A stretch of DNA of 64,000 nucleotides, taken from NCBI RefSeq assembly GCF_964355755.1, contig NC_092670.1:17284795-17348794 (forward strand). Direction: 5' to 3'. Within the stretch, counting starts at the first letter, position 1; every line of letters starts with the position of its first letter. Shown one piece after another: positions 1-32,900 of the stretch. The notes below the pieces were generated by a model that saw only the letters and a list, made by a program, of their open reading frames with translations, did not search any database and was not told the DNA's origin. A program made the position numbers and the translations under genes. Source of the stretch: Antedon mediterranea (lineage: Eukaryota > Animalia > Echinodermata).

Positions 1-10615
<10,615 letters not shown>

Positions 10616-10705
10616 TATTTTTTGTCAACTGCAAGTCTAAATTGCAAACATTAATTGATTGAACAAACTTTTTTAACGTTTAGAGCGAATTATTTATTGA
10701 GGCAT

Positions 10706-10719
10706 TTCGCCTTGGAAAC
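10706..10719. promoter_or_regulatory. Candidate RFX X-box in the WDR35/RPL30 shared promoter
   Basis: TTCGCC-TT-GGAAAC: one perfect X-box half-site (GTTTCC on the - strand), ~90 bp upstream of the WDR35 ATG. IFT genes are typical RFX targets. Confidence 0.4.
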
Positions 10720-10967
10720 ATCAAAATGCGCCACCAACGTCTAATATTGTGAGGACACAAAAAACATTTTGTTGTTTTGTTAATGTTAGCTACATATTTA
10801 AAAATTATAATCAACTAGGCCTACATACCGTAATATATGATTATCAGAATAGTTTATAATTTTACTTTAAAAAATGATATTCGTGGCTTTTAAGATATTT
10901 TATTATTAAAATCATTCGCTGATAATGTAGAGGTCATGAAATTGAATTCTGGGACGGATATATTTGA

Positions 10968-10994
10968 CCTTTTCGCACGACGTGCATTTTGAGG
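10968..10994 (+). promoter_or_regulatory. RPL30: RPL30 TCT initiator / 5'TOP and short non-coding exon 1
   Basis: CCTTTTC (10968-10974) fits the YCTYTYY TCT motif of ribosomal protein genes. It is followed by donor GTAGGT at 10995 and acceptor TTGCAG ending at 11112, upstream of the ATG. Confidence 0.7.
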
Positions 10995-11147
10995 GTAGGT
11001 GTTTATGAACATTCGTGTCATATTTTCGGAAATATTTTACTTTTTTGATTACTAAATCATCATAATTCTAATATGTACTTGTTAAATAAGTATTTATTTA
11101 ATTACTTTGCAGGTTTTTAGCTGGAAAAAGGAGGCTAAACGTTCACA

Positions 11148-12660
<1,513 letters not shown>

Positions 12661-13292
12661 TAAAATGTATTTATTTAGTCTGCTGACAGGTTTCATATCT
12701 TGTAAATGAAGTAATAAAAATCTATAGAAAAATTACTGATTTGTGATTATTTTACACGTGTCCAGTGTAAACTAACTAGCATAGTATCACTGAAATGGTA
12801 TGGCAACATGATTAAACATGTAAAATACATATTTAACCATTGAGGAAATAAATGGTATGATTTGATCTGGAAATTCTGCCATGTTTATGACGATGAGGTA
12901 CAATTACGTCATGTGCATGTGCAGTGTAAGTTCAATCATTGTGACTTGATTCTGACACTATAGCATACCACCAGCTGGTGTTCTGCATAGTTCGAAGTTC
13001 ACTTGATGTTTCTCCATTTATTTATTTCCTCCATTATTAAACCAAGAACAATGATATTAATTTTTAAATGGTGATAATGACTGAGATTGTAGTCTGAAAA
13101 CTCCACACCCGACCTAAGCAAAATATTTATACAGTAATACAGGGACAGGATTGATGACTAATTAACAGCACCGCACCTGACTTTCCTTGGAAGTGTTCTA
13201 AAGCTCTGTCTACACTAACAATTTATGTCACAAAAAAATGTGATGTGCCCATGGACATGATGATATCACACTTTTTTTTGTTAAACTAGTTT

Positions 13293-14930
13293 TACATATC
13301 TAATTCTATACACTTAGTTAATTCCCATATTTGTAATGATCTCTTGTCAGATGTGATAAGGTGTGAAATACAAGTTTCAAACTGGACGATTTTGACTTAT
13401 GTATGTCATAGGCCACCACAAAGTGATGTTCAATCTGATCAGGATCTACTTGACTATTTTCAAAACAGTATTAATAGGAACTACCAGTCCTTGGGTGACC
13501 ATTACAGCAGGAGTACCCCAAGGATCTGTTTTGGGTCCATTTTTATTTATTGTATTCATAAATGATATGGTTGATAATATCAAATCTAATATTAGTTTAT
13601 ATGCAGATGATACTTCGTTATATGATATTTGTACAGATCGTAATATTTCAGAACAAAAATTAAATGGTGATCTTAATGTCATTTATAATTGGGCAAAAAA
13701 ATGGAAAGTAACATTCAATGCTAACAAAACGAAAGCTATACTGTTTACACGTAAACATTTAGATAACTATGTTAGTTTAAATTTCAATAATGTAAATCTA
13801 CAATTTGTAAATGATCATAGGCATCTTGGTGTAATGCTTAATGCAAAACTCAAGTGGGATTCCCATATCCAATCTGTAATTAACAAAGCGTCTTTATCTT
13901 TAAATATGCTACGTCGTGTCAAACATATTCTACCTCGACAGGCTCTCTGTCACATTTACATATCACACGTTAGACCATTAATGGAATATGCAGCTCCTGT
14001 TTGGTGTAATATCCCAGATAAATTAGGTGATGAACTAGAAAATATCCAGATTTCTGCAGGTAGAATATGTACTGGTGCGTGGAAACATACAAGTCATAAT
14101 GCATTAAGACAAGAATTAGGCTGGTTATCATTGGAAAAACGTAGACAATTTCTTAACCTAATACTGTTTTTTAAAATTATTCATAAGTTAACACCGGTGT
14201 ATCTTTACTCCTTATTTAATTTTTCAGACAATATTGAAGTTTATAACTTGCGTAACATCCGAAATATAATAATTCCATTTTGTAAGACCACATCATATCG
14301 TTTATCTTTTGTCCCATCTATTATAACACATTGGAATGAGTTAAATAATGAAATAAAAAATTCCTCATTTCTTGTTGAGTTTAAAAAATTGCTACTGAAA
14401 TCCAATTTGTTTGAAACAAAAAAACGTTCTTATTATGATACAGGTGATAAGAAGATTAACCAAATTCACACTAGAATCCGACTTGGTTTCAGCTGTCTCA
14501 ATTCGCATTTATTCTTACATGGACTTCGGGACAATCCAAATTGTACTTGTGGCTTTAATGTTGAGAATCCGCTTCATTTCTTATGTTACTGCCCTAATTA
14601 TAATACACAAAGAGATATTCTACTTGTAAGCGCTAACTCAATTATTGAGGATATCTTAGCCAAGGATTTTTCTTTAACATTTAATTTTACATTTTTAAGT
14701 GAAATACTTATTTTTGGTTCCGATCTTCTTTCGAATTGTGAAAATGCTTTATTATTTTATTATGTACAACAATTTCTTGTTAATTCTGGAAGATTTAATT
14801 GATGTTTCTGTTAGTTGTTTTAAAATGTTGTATTTGTTAATCTGAGGCGCCTTGAAGCTAAGATGGTTCCATCTTGTAAGGCGCCTCTGTGTAATATACT
14901 GAATAAAAAAAAAAAAACAAAAAAAAAAAA
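13293..14930 (+). mobile_element. Non-LTR retrotransposon (CR1/L2-group-like LINE), 5'-truncated and internally deleted, with poly(A) tail and TSD
   Basis: RT motifs GVPQGSVLGP, YADD and HLGV; C-terminal CxC...HFLCYCP knuckle; stop at 14802; 3' stem-loop 14844-14887; AATAAA plus poly(A) 14902-14930; TSD AAACTAGTTT at 13283-13292 and 14929-14938. Confidence 0.93.
13399..14802 (+). pseudogene. Uninterrupted reverse transcriptase C-terminal half ORF of the LINE (no full RT N-terminus)
   Basis: 467-aa ORF whose RT homology starts only at about TSPWVTITAGVPQGSVLGP; the earlier RT subdomains are missing. Confidence 0.85.
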
Positions 14931-17900
14931 ACTAGTTTGATAGTGTAGACAGAGCTTTCATAACATGGCATCGGGAGAGGACAAGGTGAATCAGAGACTC
15001 CAAAGTGCCACTGTGTCATTCCACCGCTTGTCAGTTCCATGAATTGGCCTTTACAACTTTCACTTTTCCAAACCACCCACCAAATCATACATATGGGAGG
15101 CCACGGATAAGGAGATTTTCAATCTGAAAATTGTGTTTCTGGTAAAATGCAAAAGAAAACTGATAAAAGATAAAGTAGTCGCAATAGGACAAAAATATAT
15201 TGCTGTGTTCCAGAAAATCTGAATGAGCAAAATGTAGTTACAGTAGGCCTACAGTACTACAATAATAATGTGCCATTAATAACACCCTATGACAAAGAAA
15301 AAGTTGAAAATACCACAACCAATATTGGAATGACTCTTCACCAAACTTATGGGGAAAATACAGTCACTAAATGTAATTGGTTGAAGATATGAAACATACA
15401 ACACTATGTAGTTTAAATTCACAGGATCAGAAAAGGAAGACTTCAACACTTTGTTTAAACATGTTAATCCAATGTCTCATGTTCTTTATTTTAAGCTGTC
15501 ATTTTGTCAAACAGATATTTAGACTTACAGGGAAACTGTAACAATAATTTACCTATGTGAGTTTTTAAAAAACCAAGAAAGCCCTACAAGACTGCAAAAT
15601 AGTGAAATGTTTGGACTTTATAAACAAAAATTAATAACATTTGAATTGCTCTATAAACACATCATGCCTGAATTCATTGAATTTCACATTAAAAAAAAAA
15701 GACTGACTCAACAAATTGATAGTTTGGTATTTTATTAATCTTGGATTAACAACAAAAAGCAAAGACAAAATATTCAATAAAATCAAGTCTAAATATAGTA
15801 AAGCAACTAAAGTAAATATTAATAACATGCGTTTGAAATGGAAATCAAATGCATTATGGGACAAAAAAGCTAGTGACCTCAATGACCTAACCTAAAAAAA
15901 ATGGTGGGCGTGTGCAAACAAATGTGTCTGTATGTTTAATACAATTTGTTAAAAATGTTACGGTTTAAAACTGTTTTTTTGAAAGAATACACATAAATAT
16001 TTTAATGAAATAGTTTAATTAAAATTGCATAATTACACTTAAAGATATGTCAGCCAAAAAATGAATATTAATGATTGGCCATGTTTAGTTTGAATAAAGT
16101 TATTCACTCAAGAAATAACAAAAATAACAAGAAATATTTCTTTAAAAAAACACCGCTCGACTTTTTGTCACAACAGTTTTAATTATTATTCTTTCTTCAT
16201 TAAATGATGCCTTTTTTATTGATATTCTATTAAATAATTTAAATATGTAATATTTAGTTTAATAATCAGCAGTATCGTAAACATTTTCTGTTTATATTTT
16301 TTTTTTATGTTTATATTCTGGGGTACAGTAGGGGCGTTACTCCCTAAGATCGTAGTAACTCACATACCCCAACTTTCCAGTAAACAACATTTCTAATTCT
16401 CCAGAACCTTCGCCGTGTACAGCCGCCATTAAACGTACTTACTAATTTCACTTATAAAAAGACAAAAATAAATTTCAACAAAAAACCTGTTGTCAGACAG
16501 ATGGGTGTAATTTTTTTCTTTAAATTACAGGAATTTTTCCCCAGATATTAATTCTTTTTAAAAGATCTATTTTTTAGTCATAGTAAATAACAACAGTAAT
16601 GTGACATAAAATGGCATATTTGACAAAAATATATTACAAAATTATTTTTTAAGGGGACAATAATTTTGAACAGGTTATGAACTATTCCTAAAAAAATTAG
16701 GGGAACAGACAGAAGTTGTAAACAGAATCATTTTGAGATTTCTGCAATGATTAGATTATGTACAATATACTTAACTAGAGGCCAAATGATTAACAATAAA
16801 GTATACAAGTATATGGCGAGATTTAAAAAAATCTTGTTTCTGTACCGAAATTACCTTTGTCCAAATAATACCACCTTATGTGCAATCATTTATAAATTCA
16901 TTTATACAAAATTGTTGATATTAAATATGCCATTTTAAATTAATGTCAAAATACTGTTTACTGCAACATATTAGAATTTATAAATTTATATAATCTACAG
17001 TATTCACAAAATTCATTACATCTAAGTTTGTTTTCTCTATTTTTTCCGCAGCTCTGCAATTTTACAGCTTCACAAAACAAAACCGATTCAAATTCTAAAA
17101 ATATTCTGCGTATTCATGTAAATTTTTATCAAAATTCTGTAAATCCATGGTGAAACTTTAAACTTCATGGAATTAATCTTATCAAACCTAAGCATGGATG
17201 GCAAGCACTTCAAGGTTGTGTGCAGGGAGAGGGTGACTGCAGAGGGAGAGGGTGACTGCAGAGGGAGACTTGACTGTAGGGAGAGGTTTGACCACAGAAA
17301 TGGGGTTGACCGGAGGGACGGGACCCCAAAACCAAATTGTAATACTGATTGGAAGATAGCTTCTTGCACATCCACTGTGCTCATCTGAACTCGATTAACT
17401 TTCTTTTATATAATAATTATATACAATCATGCATAACTGAACAGGCAGACAATACTAAATTAGTACATATACTTTGTAGGCCTAAAACTAATCTAAATAC
17501 ATTCAAAATAATAATATTGAAAAACCAAAACGTACAGTATCATTTTCCATAATAGAGTTGTTAAATGTACTGGCAGTAGACAAGTACAAATCAGTTAAAG
17601 ACACTGGACCTGCAATTTTTTACGTTTTGTAAAAATAATGCATATTTATAACTTTAAAAACATTAAACCCATGTCATTCCTTGTCTTAAATGTGCGTTCT
17701 AAGGTTAATTGTGATAAAAAGAAAAAAACAAAGCACTACCTAAGTAGCTCGTGTCAAAAGTTTCTAGGCCTAGCTTAGTTGGGCTGAGTTTTGTAGGCCT
17801 AACTGGTAAAGAGCAGTAACGTATGAACATCGTATGCTAGCTGTATACCTAGCCTAACGTTGCCGCATTGCTTAATTGTCTTTCTTTTTTTTGGCAGAAT

Positions 17901-18981
17901 CTGTTAATACAAATTTGGCAAGACCTGGTATGTTAGCTAGAAAGTTACGTTCTTTTATTTGTTTACCCTTTCACGCGATCGATCGAAGTGGGTGCATCAC
18001 ATCACAATATGAAAATATCAATCCGCGCCAGATGCATGTTTGGATTTATAGGAGGCCGCTAAAATTATTAGAATCAACTTAATTTTCACATTTTTAACAG
18101 TTTGTAAAAAAAAAAAATATCGCAATAGGTCTATATGGTATTTATTTTTACATAAAATGTAGTGTGTGACCTTAAATTAGGGTAAAAAAAAAACGTAGGT
18201 CTGGTGTCTTTAATATTTTACTAGTTTCTGTATAAAAATCCCTCTACAGTTTCCACTGTGTGGATTTGTATGATTTAAGTCAGCTTACATAATACTAAGA
18301 TGGTGTGCCTACTCAGTAAGTCTACACTGTAGGGTGGGGCTATTTTGAAAGGATTTAATCATTTTGGTCGTCAAAAATCTCGACCACACAAAAATATATT
18401 TACATATTTAAATTGGCATCAATAATCAACTTTTCTTTTAAAAACCTATTTATAGATTTGTAATTTTTCTTTTAAAGATAAACTTGTTTTTGCAATATAA
18501 ATTAAACACAACATGCTAATGTAAGTACACTGCCAAAACTTTTTTTTTTTTTTCCCCATGTGTAAATATACTGTGTTCTCTCTGGGATTGGTGGGTATAG
18601 CCATTGTGCTAAACAACGCTTAATAAAAAAAAAGTCTTACGATTACAGTCATAGAGAAATATTGTAGTAAAGATTTAATCTGTATGAAACTGTGATATGA
18701 AAATGCGAGATAATATCTGTATTAAAAAAAATAAAATCATAATAAAATATTAAAGATCTGATTTGGAAATCTGAACGTGATATGAATAACATGAATGTTA
18801 TAATAAAATATTAAAGCAAATATTTTGAATGTATTAAATACTGAATATGATTTGGCACATTTACAGGATTATTTGTGGAGAAAACTGTTTGACATGAACA
18901 AAAAAATGACTTCACTGTTATAATTAAATTAGGAGGGGTTTAGTTTGATAATGAAAAACAGAAATTTTTCAGAAGAAATCT

Positions 18982-25553
<6,572 letters not shown>

Positions 25554-26997
25554 TTATTCTTTACAAAAAACGGTGCCGAGCGAGATACACTTTGACGAGT
25601 TCCTGGCAAGCAGACGGCCGGCTCGACACACACGAAAAAATAAGTTTTACGCATGCGTTGCTCTACCAGTCCTTTTATGGCAGACCAATCACAAATCCAG
25701 GGCTGATCCAATTTCCAGAGTTCCACGTTTGTCAAGTTAGCCGTATAAAAAACAGGTTTTTTTCATACAATGTGAGATTGCAAGGTAACATAAAGTAGTG
25801 TATTCTTTTTATGATTATTTCATTTAAAGTATCACATCTTGTTTAGCTTTCAAGCTAACTTAATTCTACCACCGACGAGATGCTTTTTGTGTTGACACAA
25901 CAGCTCAACTACAGGCATATTGATTATCATGCAAATGAAACCACAAACCAAAAAAGCATAAGAAATAATATTACTTATTTTTGTAAATTTTAATTAATTT
26001 GACATTCTTTCTAACTTGAATTGTACCTTAAAACTTCCCAACTGAATTTGTGGTATCAGTACAGAATTTTTCAAGCTCTATTGACAAGAATTCTTTAAAA
26101 ATGTTAAATTTACATGGTTATTTGCCAGCTGTACCAGCAACCAATCAGAGGTTAAAGAAAATACATGTGACTTTTGGCCTGTTGTTTGTACTACAACAAG
26201 AGTAAAGACACACTGCTGAAAATTTTGTTGAGAGCATGCTTCTAAAATTTTCAGGTTTATAGTCAAGTTTCATCACTTGTTCTTAGTGTCACTGTAAAGA
26301 TTCAACGGTTTGTTTATGTTTATCATTTTAATTATGTGAATTCGCAATTGTTATTTACTGTTATTCTTTTCTATTCCATTTTTGTTTTATTATTTATAGT
26401 TTAAATTTAACAATGGAGTGTCAGCCATTTTTGTAACAAAGTGTGCAAGGTTGCACTGCTTTATTAAAATGGGGAAAGATCTCTCTGGCATACAACAGGT
26501 GCTACCTGCTATAGGCTATGGGTACATTGGGTTAATTCAGACACCATCAGACACAACACATGAAGGGCTATATTTCAAAATGGTAGATCATCCAAACTTT
26601 CGCTTGTTATTCGTTTACTTAATCTGACGTCGTTGCGCTGCGTCCAATTGAGACCCAAGCTTTAGAATAAAATTCGTCATTAGACAAGGAAACAAAATGG
26701 AAAATTGACACTGACTGAAATGAGGAATTATTTCTTTGATATGATAGTAGCAAAAATCGTATTCTCCGTGTTTCCTACAGCCTATTTTCCTGTTGATGTT
26801 ATTACAAAATTCTCTTAAAATCGATAAAATAATAGAAAATAATGATCAAACCAAATTTATTTACACAATTTTGAAATGATGGTACAATTTATTTCCTTAC
26901 TAAGCAAAAAAAAAACCAGTTTATTCCCAATGTGCTAAATATATTCTTTCCCATTGTTCTTCCAGAATGTTGAAGTAATACAATAATTCAGTGAGTT

Positions 26998-29900
26998 ATG
27001 TCGGCTGATATTTCTACTCCGTCGAGTGCTCGTCCATCATTGAGCCCAGTCAACAACTCTGAAACAAGTTTGAAGTTGGACACAACATCCCCAGCGATAT
27101 TGGAGACACCCCCGTTTGCCAAAGACCTACCCCTAGCACTACGAAGGGCACATCGAAGCAATGCCGGGTAAGATATGATTAACATTAACATGGTATGCCA
27201 TTTGGAAAATGAATTTCCAACATATTTTATGATGGACCAATACAATAAATATTATCTAAAGATTAACACTACCGTACGTATATGATAAGATCATGTTCAG
27301 TGGTGTTTCACATAACAATTGGTTGAAATAAAAAATCTTTATTTGTTCATGTTGATTATAATGATTATTCCAAATTGTTAATTGTTAACTCGGCAAATTG
27401 ATCCAGATTCTTGGTCCAGTTAACGGAAACGAGAGGTTAGCAAATATACCAACACAATTTAAATCAGTTAGATCTGACATGGATGCAAATATGACTTGGA
27501 TAACTTACTATTGTCTTGTAGCATAAGAAGAAAGGGAAAGCAAATATAAATGCAACTCTCACCTTCTTACAAATTCTTTTTACAAATTATCAATTATTAT
27601 ATTATATTATTATCTATATAAATTATCATGTTTTATCCAACTTGGAATTTTCCAATAAGAACAACTCCCAAATCCACTCAGCTCTGTAAATGATATCTGG
27701 TTGGAATGTACTAGTGAAGAAAAGGCCGCTTGAAAGGAACTGGCCACCCTACCACATAATGCTTAAGGCTTAGTTCCTACTAAGTTCCTAATATCTCATT
27801 CTCGTACATTGAGAACAGAACTCACCTTTAACTAATCTTAAAATTATATTCTGTAAAAGATAAAAATTAAAACATTGAGACACCAAACTATCAAAAAACA
27901 CAGGACTGTGATAACTGATTAATGTGTTATTTGCCATGTTCCAAAATTTGTATTTTAAATGTTAAACATTTTAATTTTATTAATGTCTTAATATTCGTAG
28001 ACCCTCCATCTTGAATTTTTGTTAACATCTGATGTTTTCTATAAGAACTTCCTTCTTTCTGTTTTCTACAGTACATATACTTTCTACGTATGTAAGCACA
28101 TAGAAACACTATTACTTTTTTGTCTGATTAGAATTACTTAGTATTTAGATTATACTTTATAGGGTATGGCTAGAGATACAACTTTATATTTTATACAAAA
28201 TGCACTGCACGCATATACCAAAATTGTAATATACATTGCTGTAATATAGCCTTGCCTCTTTTTTTTCTATTGAACCTTCATTACTGTCAAAATTTGTTTT
28301 CAAAGTTCTTTAGTTAGTGAAAATATTATCTAAGTTTGTTATTGCTATTTTCATGCTTGTACCGTACTATTTGTGTGCCATTTTGAACACTGTTATCTCC
28401 AGTTGTCAATAAAGAAATAATAATAACTACTTTTATTTGTTGTGTTGATAAAAGAATAGGTTATATTCGACCCATATAGCGTTATTCAGTAGTAACAATA
28501 ATATACTTGTACATATTGGGAAGTACACATATACAACACCACAAAAATGAAATATTCTACTACTATTTAGAAGTTTAGTAGATCATATAGCACCACACAT
28601 ATTTATCGCTGTATATACACATATAATGTTGTAGTATCAATACCATTACTATTAATTTTTATAAATACTACAGTGTAAATTGCACACATAAAGTCGTGAG
28701 TTATTCTACTGTTATCAATACCATACATAGAGTACAGTGAATAGGCTGTTCATAGCACCTTACCAAATTATTATTGTACTGTTACTTAATTTTGAAAATA
28801 CGCTACATGAATAACAACTCCCTGATGGGAATATTTAAGCTGAATAACGCTTAAAACTTATTCTACCTTGCGTTGTACTTATTATCATATACTGTAGTAC
28901 ATACACACAGTACCCTTCCTAGTGTATCATCGAAAATGGCAGAATTATAGGCCAGCCATAACTCGTTGAGGCTGTTTGTACTACAAAAGCCAGACAGTGA
29001 ACTAGTCATTGTTGATAGTGTACATATTTAAATATGAATGGCTCACACATTTCTAACATAATTACTCTGTTTTTTAAACAAATTTACATCATTACAAAAT
29101 CTGATGTAGACTGTTTTAATAGTAGTAGTACAGTACATTCTGTATTACTCATCATGCATGGGATTTTACACTAGAAAAGCCAGAATTCATTAACTAATTA
29201 CAGGTACTACAGAAGGTAGTAACATTAACAGGTTTATGATACATTTTTACAGTAAATATAGTTTACTAACACAGCGCATTTGCAATGAGTTAATTTTACA
29301 TGATATTTTGACTGTAAATGGCATGGAAACATGCAAATGGCTGCCATGTTGAAATTGTTCAATCAGACAACAACCGTACATTGCATTGAGGTAATGAAGA
29401 GGTCAAATAGGCAGCAATAATCTAATACTATTGGCTGTTGTAGTCACATGATATACAGGTCGTTTATTATTCAATAATAAGCTCTGTAGTGTTCTTCCTA
29501 TGCTGCTTGTTTTTTACTTGGATTCACAGATTTTTAAGTACATTATATTGATTGAAATATTTTAATCTAAAATGGTCAAAATTCGCGATTCTCTTGAAAG
29601 TAATTTGTCTATGGTGTGCTGATTTTATATCACAAATATTGGAATATTTTTTGGGAATAATTTGAGTTAAATATATGCGGAAAAATGTTATAATTTAACC
29701 ATGAATGAGAAAAAACGGTAAGTTTAATATCAAAAGAAGAAATTAGAGGTATCCACATGATTCATAATTTATTTTAAATAATTTTAAATCGGTGTAATTT
29801 TTTAATTGTAGTAATTGGAGGTTTGTTTATTTTTATTATGTTTAAAATATTGTTGTCTTATTCTTAAGGGAACATGACAATTTTGGAAAGTTTTAAGAAC

Positions 29901-32900
29901 AAGAATTGTTATCCATTATTTAGAAAATTATAATAACACTGTATATCTAATGTCATAAAATGCAATTTCAAGACAGATCGACTGTCGATTTAAAAAAAAA
30001 ATAATATTTGTTGTGATAAACAACGCCTTGAGTATCCTGCAAATTAAATACTGTATTTGATAGTTCTTAAACAATTAATAATACAACATATAACAAAACA
30101 ACCATATGTTGTATCACAGACTACAGATAGTGGATGGATTATCAACCAATTGTTTATAGTGTCACCTTCAGAAATCATAAATCATTTTTGTCATAAACGA
30201 TTGGAAATTTTTTAGTTACAGTTTTGTTTTTCTATTGATTATTTATTTTATTGAATATTAAGACAAACATTAAGTACGTACTCAGTAAACAATCTAGCGT
30301 TGACCTACGGTAACCACCATTTCAATAGAAATGTAATTCTGGTTTCACTTCACACATTTGTTCTATTTGACAAAGCTCACATTAGCAATTTTTTGACCGA
30401 TCAGGGAACAAACAATCATAATTTATATTTTTTAATAGCATTTTTAAATGCATATATGCCCCCTTTAAATGATATTATTTTGAGCACAAAGGTTCCACAG
30501 TGAATAACTGTATTACTTTTTTTTTTATATTTTAATATGTTAATTTAGGTTAAGAAAAGAACCATATATTTTACTACCTGAGAAGTTTGAAACTAGTATA
30601 TCAAAATCAAAAGGTGAGACATTTCTTTGTATTGTTTATATTCAATTTAAAGATAAGAATATATGATAATTATATTTTATATTATACTACTGTATGAAGC
30701 ATATGCGGTGTAAGACGCTCACCCTGTTAATAAGATGTCGCAGGTTCAAATCTATATACATTAATAAGAGATAAAGCTTGTGGCTATCGGTGCATGTTTT
30801 TGAATATTTTTGGTATCGTGCATGATCTAATGTAAAGGTCGACTGTGTGCCTAGTTCTCTGTGCTGATAGAAGATTTACTGTGCCGATAGTCTCGCCCAT
30901 GCTACATAGTGCCCATATTTGATTGTTAATATTTGCCTGATATTTGGATTTTTTGTAGATATGAATTTAGTATTTATAATATTAAGTTCTGTCTACACTA
31001 TCAAACTAGTTTGACAACAAATGTATGATGTGCCCAAATATGTTAGTGATATGCCCAAATATGGTAGTGATATGACATAATCATGTCCATATATGGGCAC
31101 ATCCTTTTTGTGTAGACAAGAGTTTTATATAATTTTTAGTTGTCCATTCTACAGATCTTAAGATTACTCTCAAGAGGAAGTTGGATAGTACCTCAAATAG
31201 TAATAAAAATGAAAAGAGAAAGAGTGTTGGTGAACGAGAAGACTACGTTCCATCATCCAGGAAAAAGAAGAAGATTCCAAAAAGGTTACGTGATCAGGTA
31301 AGTACTTATCGGTTACCTTGATTAAATAAAGGTATTCCATGATTTCAGAGTGTCCTATACCAGTGATTCTCCTGAAAATTTATTAAAATGTGAAAATCAA
31401 TTATTTATTATTTAATCTTTATAATTTAGGACTCGAGTAATGATTTCTATTGCTGGATATGCCACCGTGAAGGCTCTATGATCTGTTGTGATCTTTGTCC
31501 AAGAGTCTACCATTCAAAATGTCTCCAGTTAGCTGAGGATCCAGATGGTGACTGGTTCTGTCCAGAGTGCCAGGTATGTTTTTTTTAGTTCAGCACACAC
31601 ACACATATGAAGAGACATAAATCCATTATTTCCTAAATCTTAGTCCTTAGTATGTAGGTAGTAGAGATATTTTATTAATGACAGTCCTTGTTACTGTGAC
31701 TGCACTGACATGATGTGAACCTTGAAGTAGTCCAAGAAGCATGTACTTGTAAGGTGTAACATCTGAGTACACAGTGGCATGAACATTGATCCATTCGTTA
31801 GAATGGCACTACACAAGAACTCGTAAATAGCATACAGTACATAACACCTATAACAAATTATCTTGAAAAGTAGGATTTGAACTCAGGGCCTTACAACTGT
31901 TAAGGGCCTTTCACACCTGCTCCGGCACGGTTCCGGTCCGGCGACGGCAAATCCAATCGAACGTCAATGTTTCGTTTTTACGCCGCTACGCGCATATCGA
32001 TTGGTGCTTGGCCGCGTGGAGCGTCGTGAAAACGAAACATTGGCGTTCGATTCGCCGGACCGGAACCGGGTCGGAACAGGTGTGAAAGGCCCTTTAAGCA
32101 AGAATATTACACTACTGTGTCACTAGTTGTTGTTTACACAATGAATAATTACATAAAGTGTTTTTTTGGTATTTAGAAAATAATGAAAGCTGAATGTGTA
32201 GAGAGTCAATCGCGTGCAATGGCCATGTTATCAGTAGACCAGCTATCCAGACTGCTTATCTTCTCACTTCAAAGAATGAAACACACCTGGGTATGTTCAT
32301 AGTTAATAATAATTTCAATTTATTTAAAAAAGCCTCCACTGGCAGGTTTTTTTAAAAAGAGAGAGATACATTAAAATTACAAAATAAAAGCAAAACATTA
32401 ATATTCAAAACAAAATGGGAACAAATCAAGCTTAGAACGCCCTCAATAAGAGTTTTAGATAATTAATATGGTCATTATTTGCAAGTGTGGGGTGTCTTTT
32501 GAGTACAGTTGTAAATGGTGTCACAGACGCTAAAATGAAGGAATTAAAATAATACTGTAGTTATTTGTTTTCTAGGCTCAACCATTTATGAAACCTGTAG
32601 ATGCTGATGCCATACAAGACTATTATGAATATATATTTCATCCAATGGACTTATCAACTCTTGAAAAGGTTAGCATAGCATATGTAAATCATTTAAATAT
32701 CTTTAGTTCATGAAAGACTGTGTACATAAGATTAAGTTATCGAAACATATTTACTATTAAATCTTATTTTATATAACATTCATACATTAATTTCAGAATA
32801 AAATTTTCCCATAATTAAATTCGGAAAAGGTATTTCAAACTCATGAAATAACAAAATCTTCAAATTTTTAGAGCTTGTAGAGACTTTTCTTTTAATAAAA

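Noticed and set aside
15000-18980. Short ORFs and a G-rich ~19-bp repeat (17224-17285) between the LINE and TRAM1
   Set aside because: No homology or exon structure; best explained as TRAM1 3' UTR or intergenic DNA with repeat remnants.
25708-25727. ER-stress element (ERSE) in the TRAM1 promoter: CCAAT...CCACG
   Set aside because: The spacer is 10 nt, whereas the canonical ERSE is CCAAT-N9-CCACG. Suggestive for an ER gene but not supportable.
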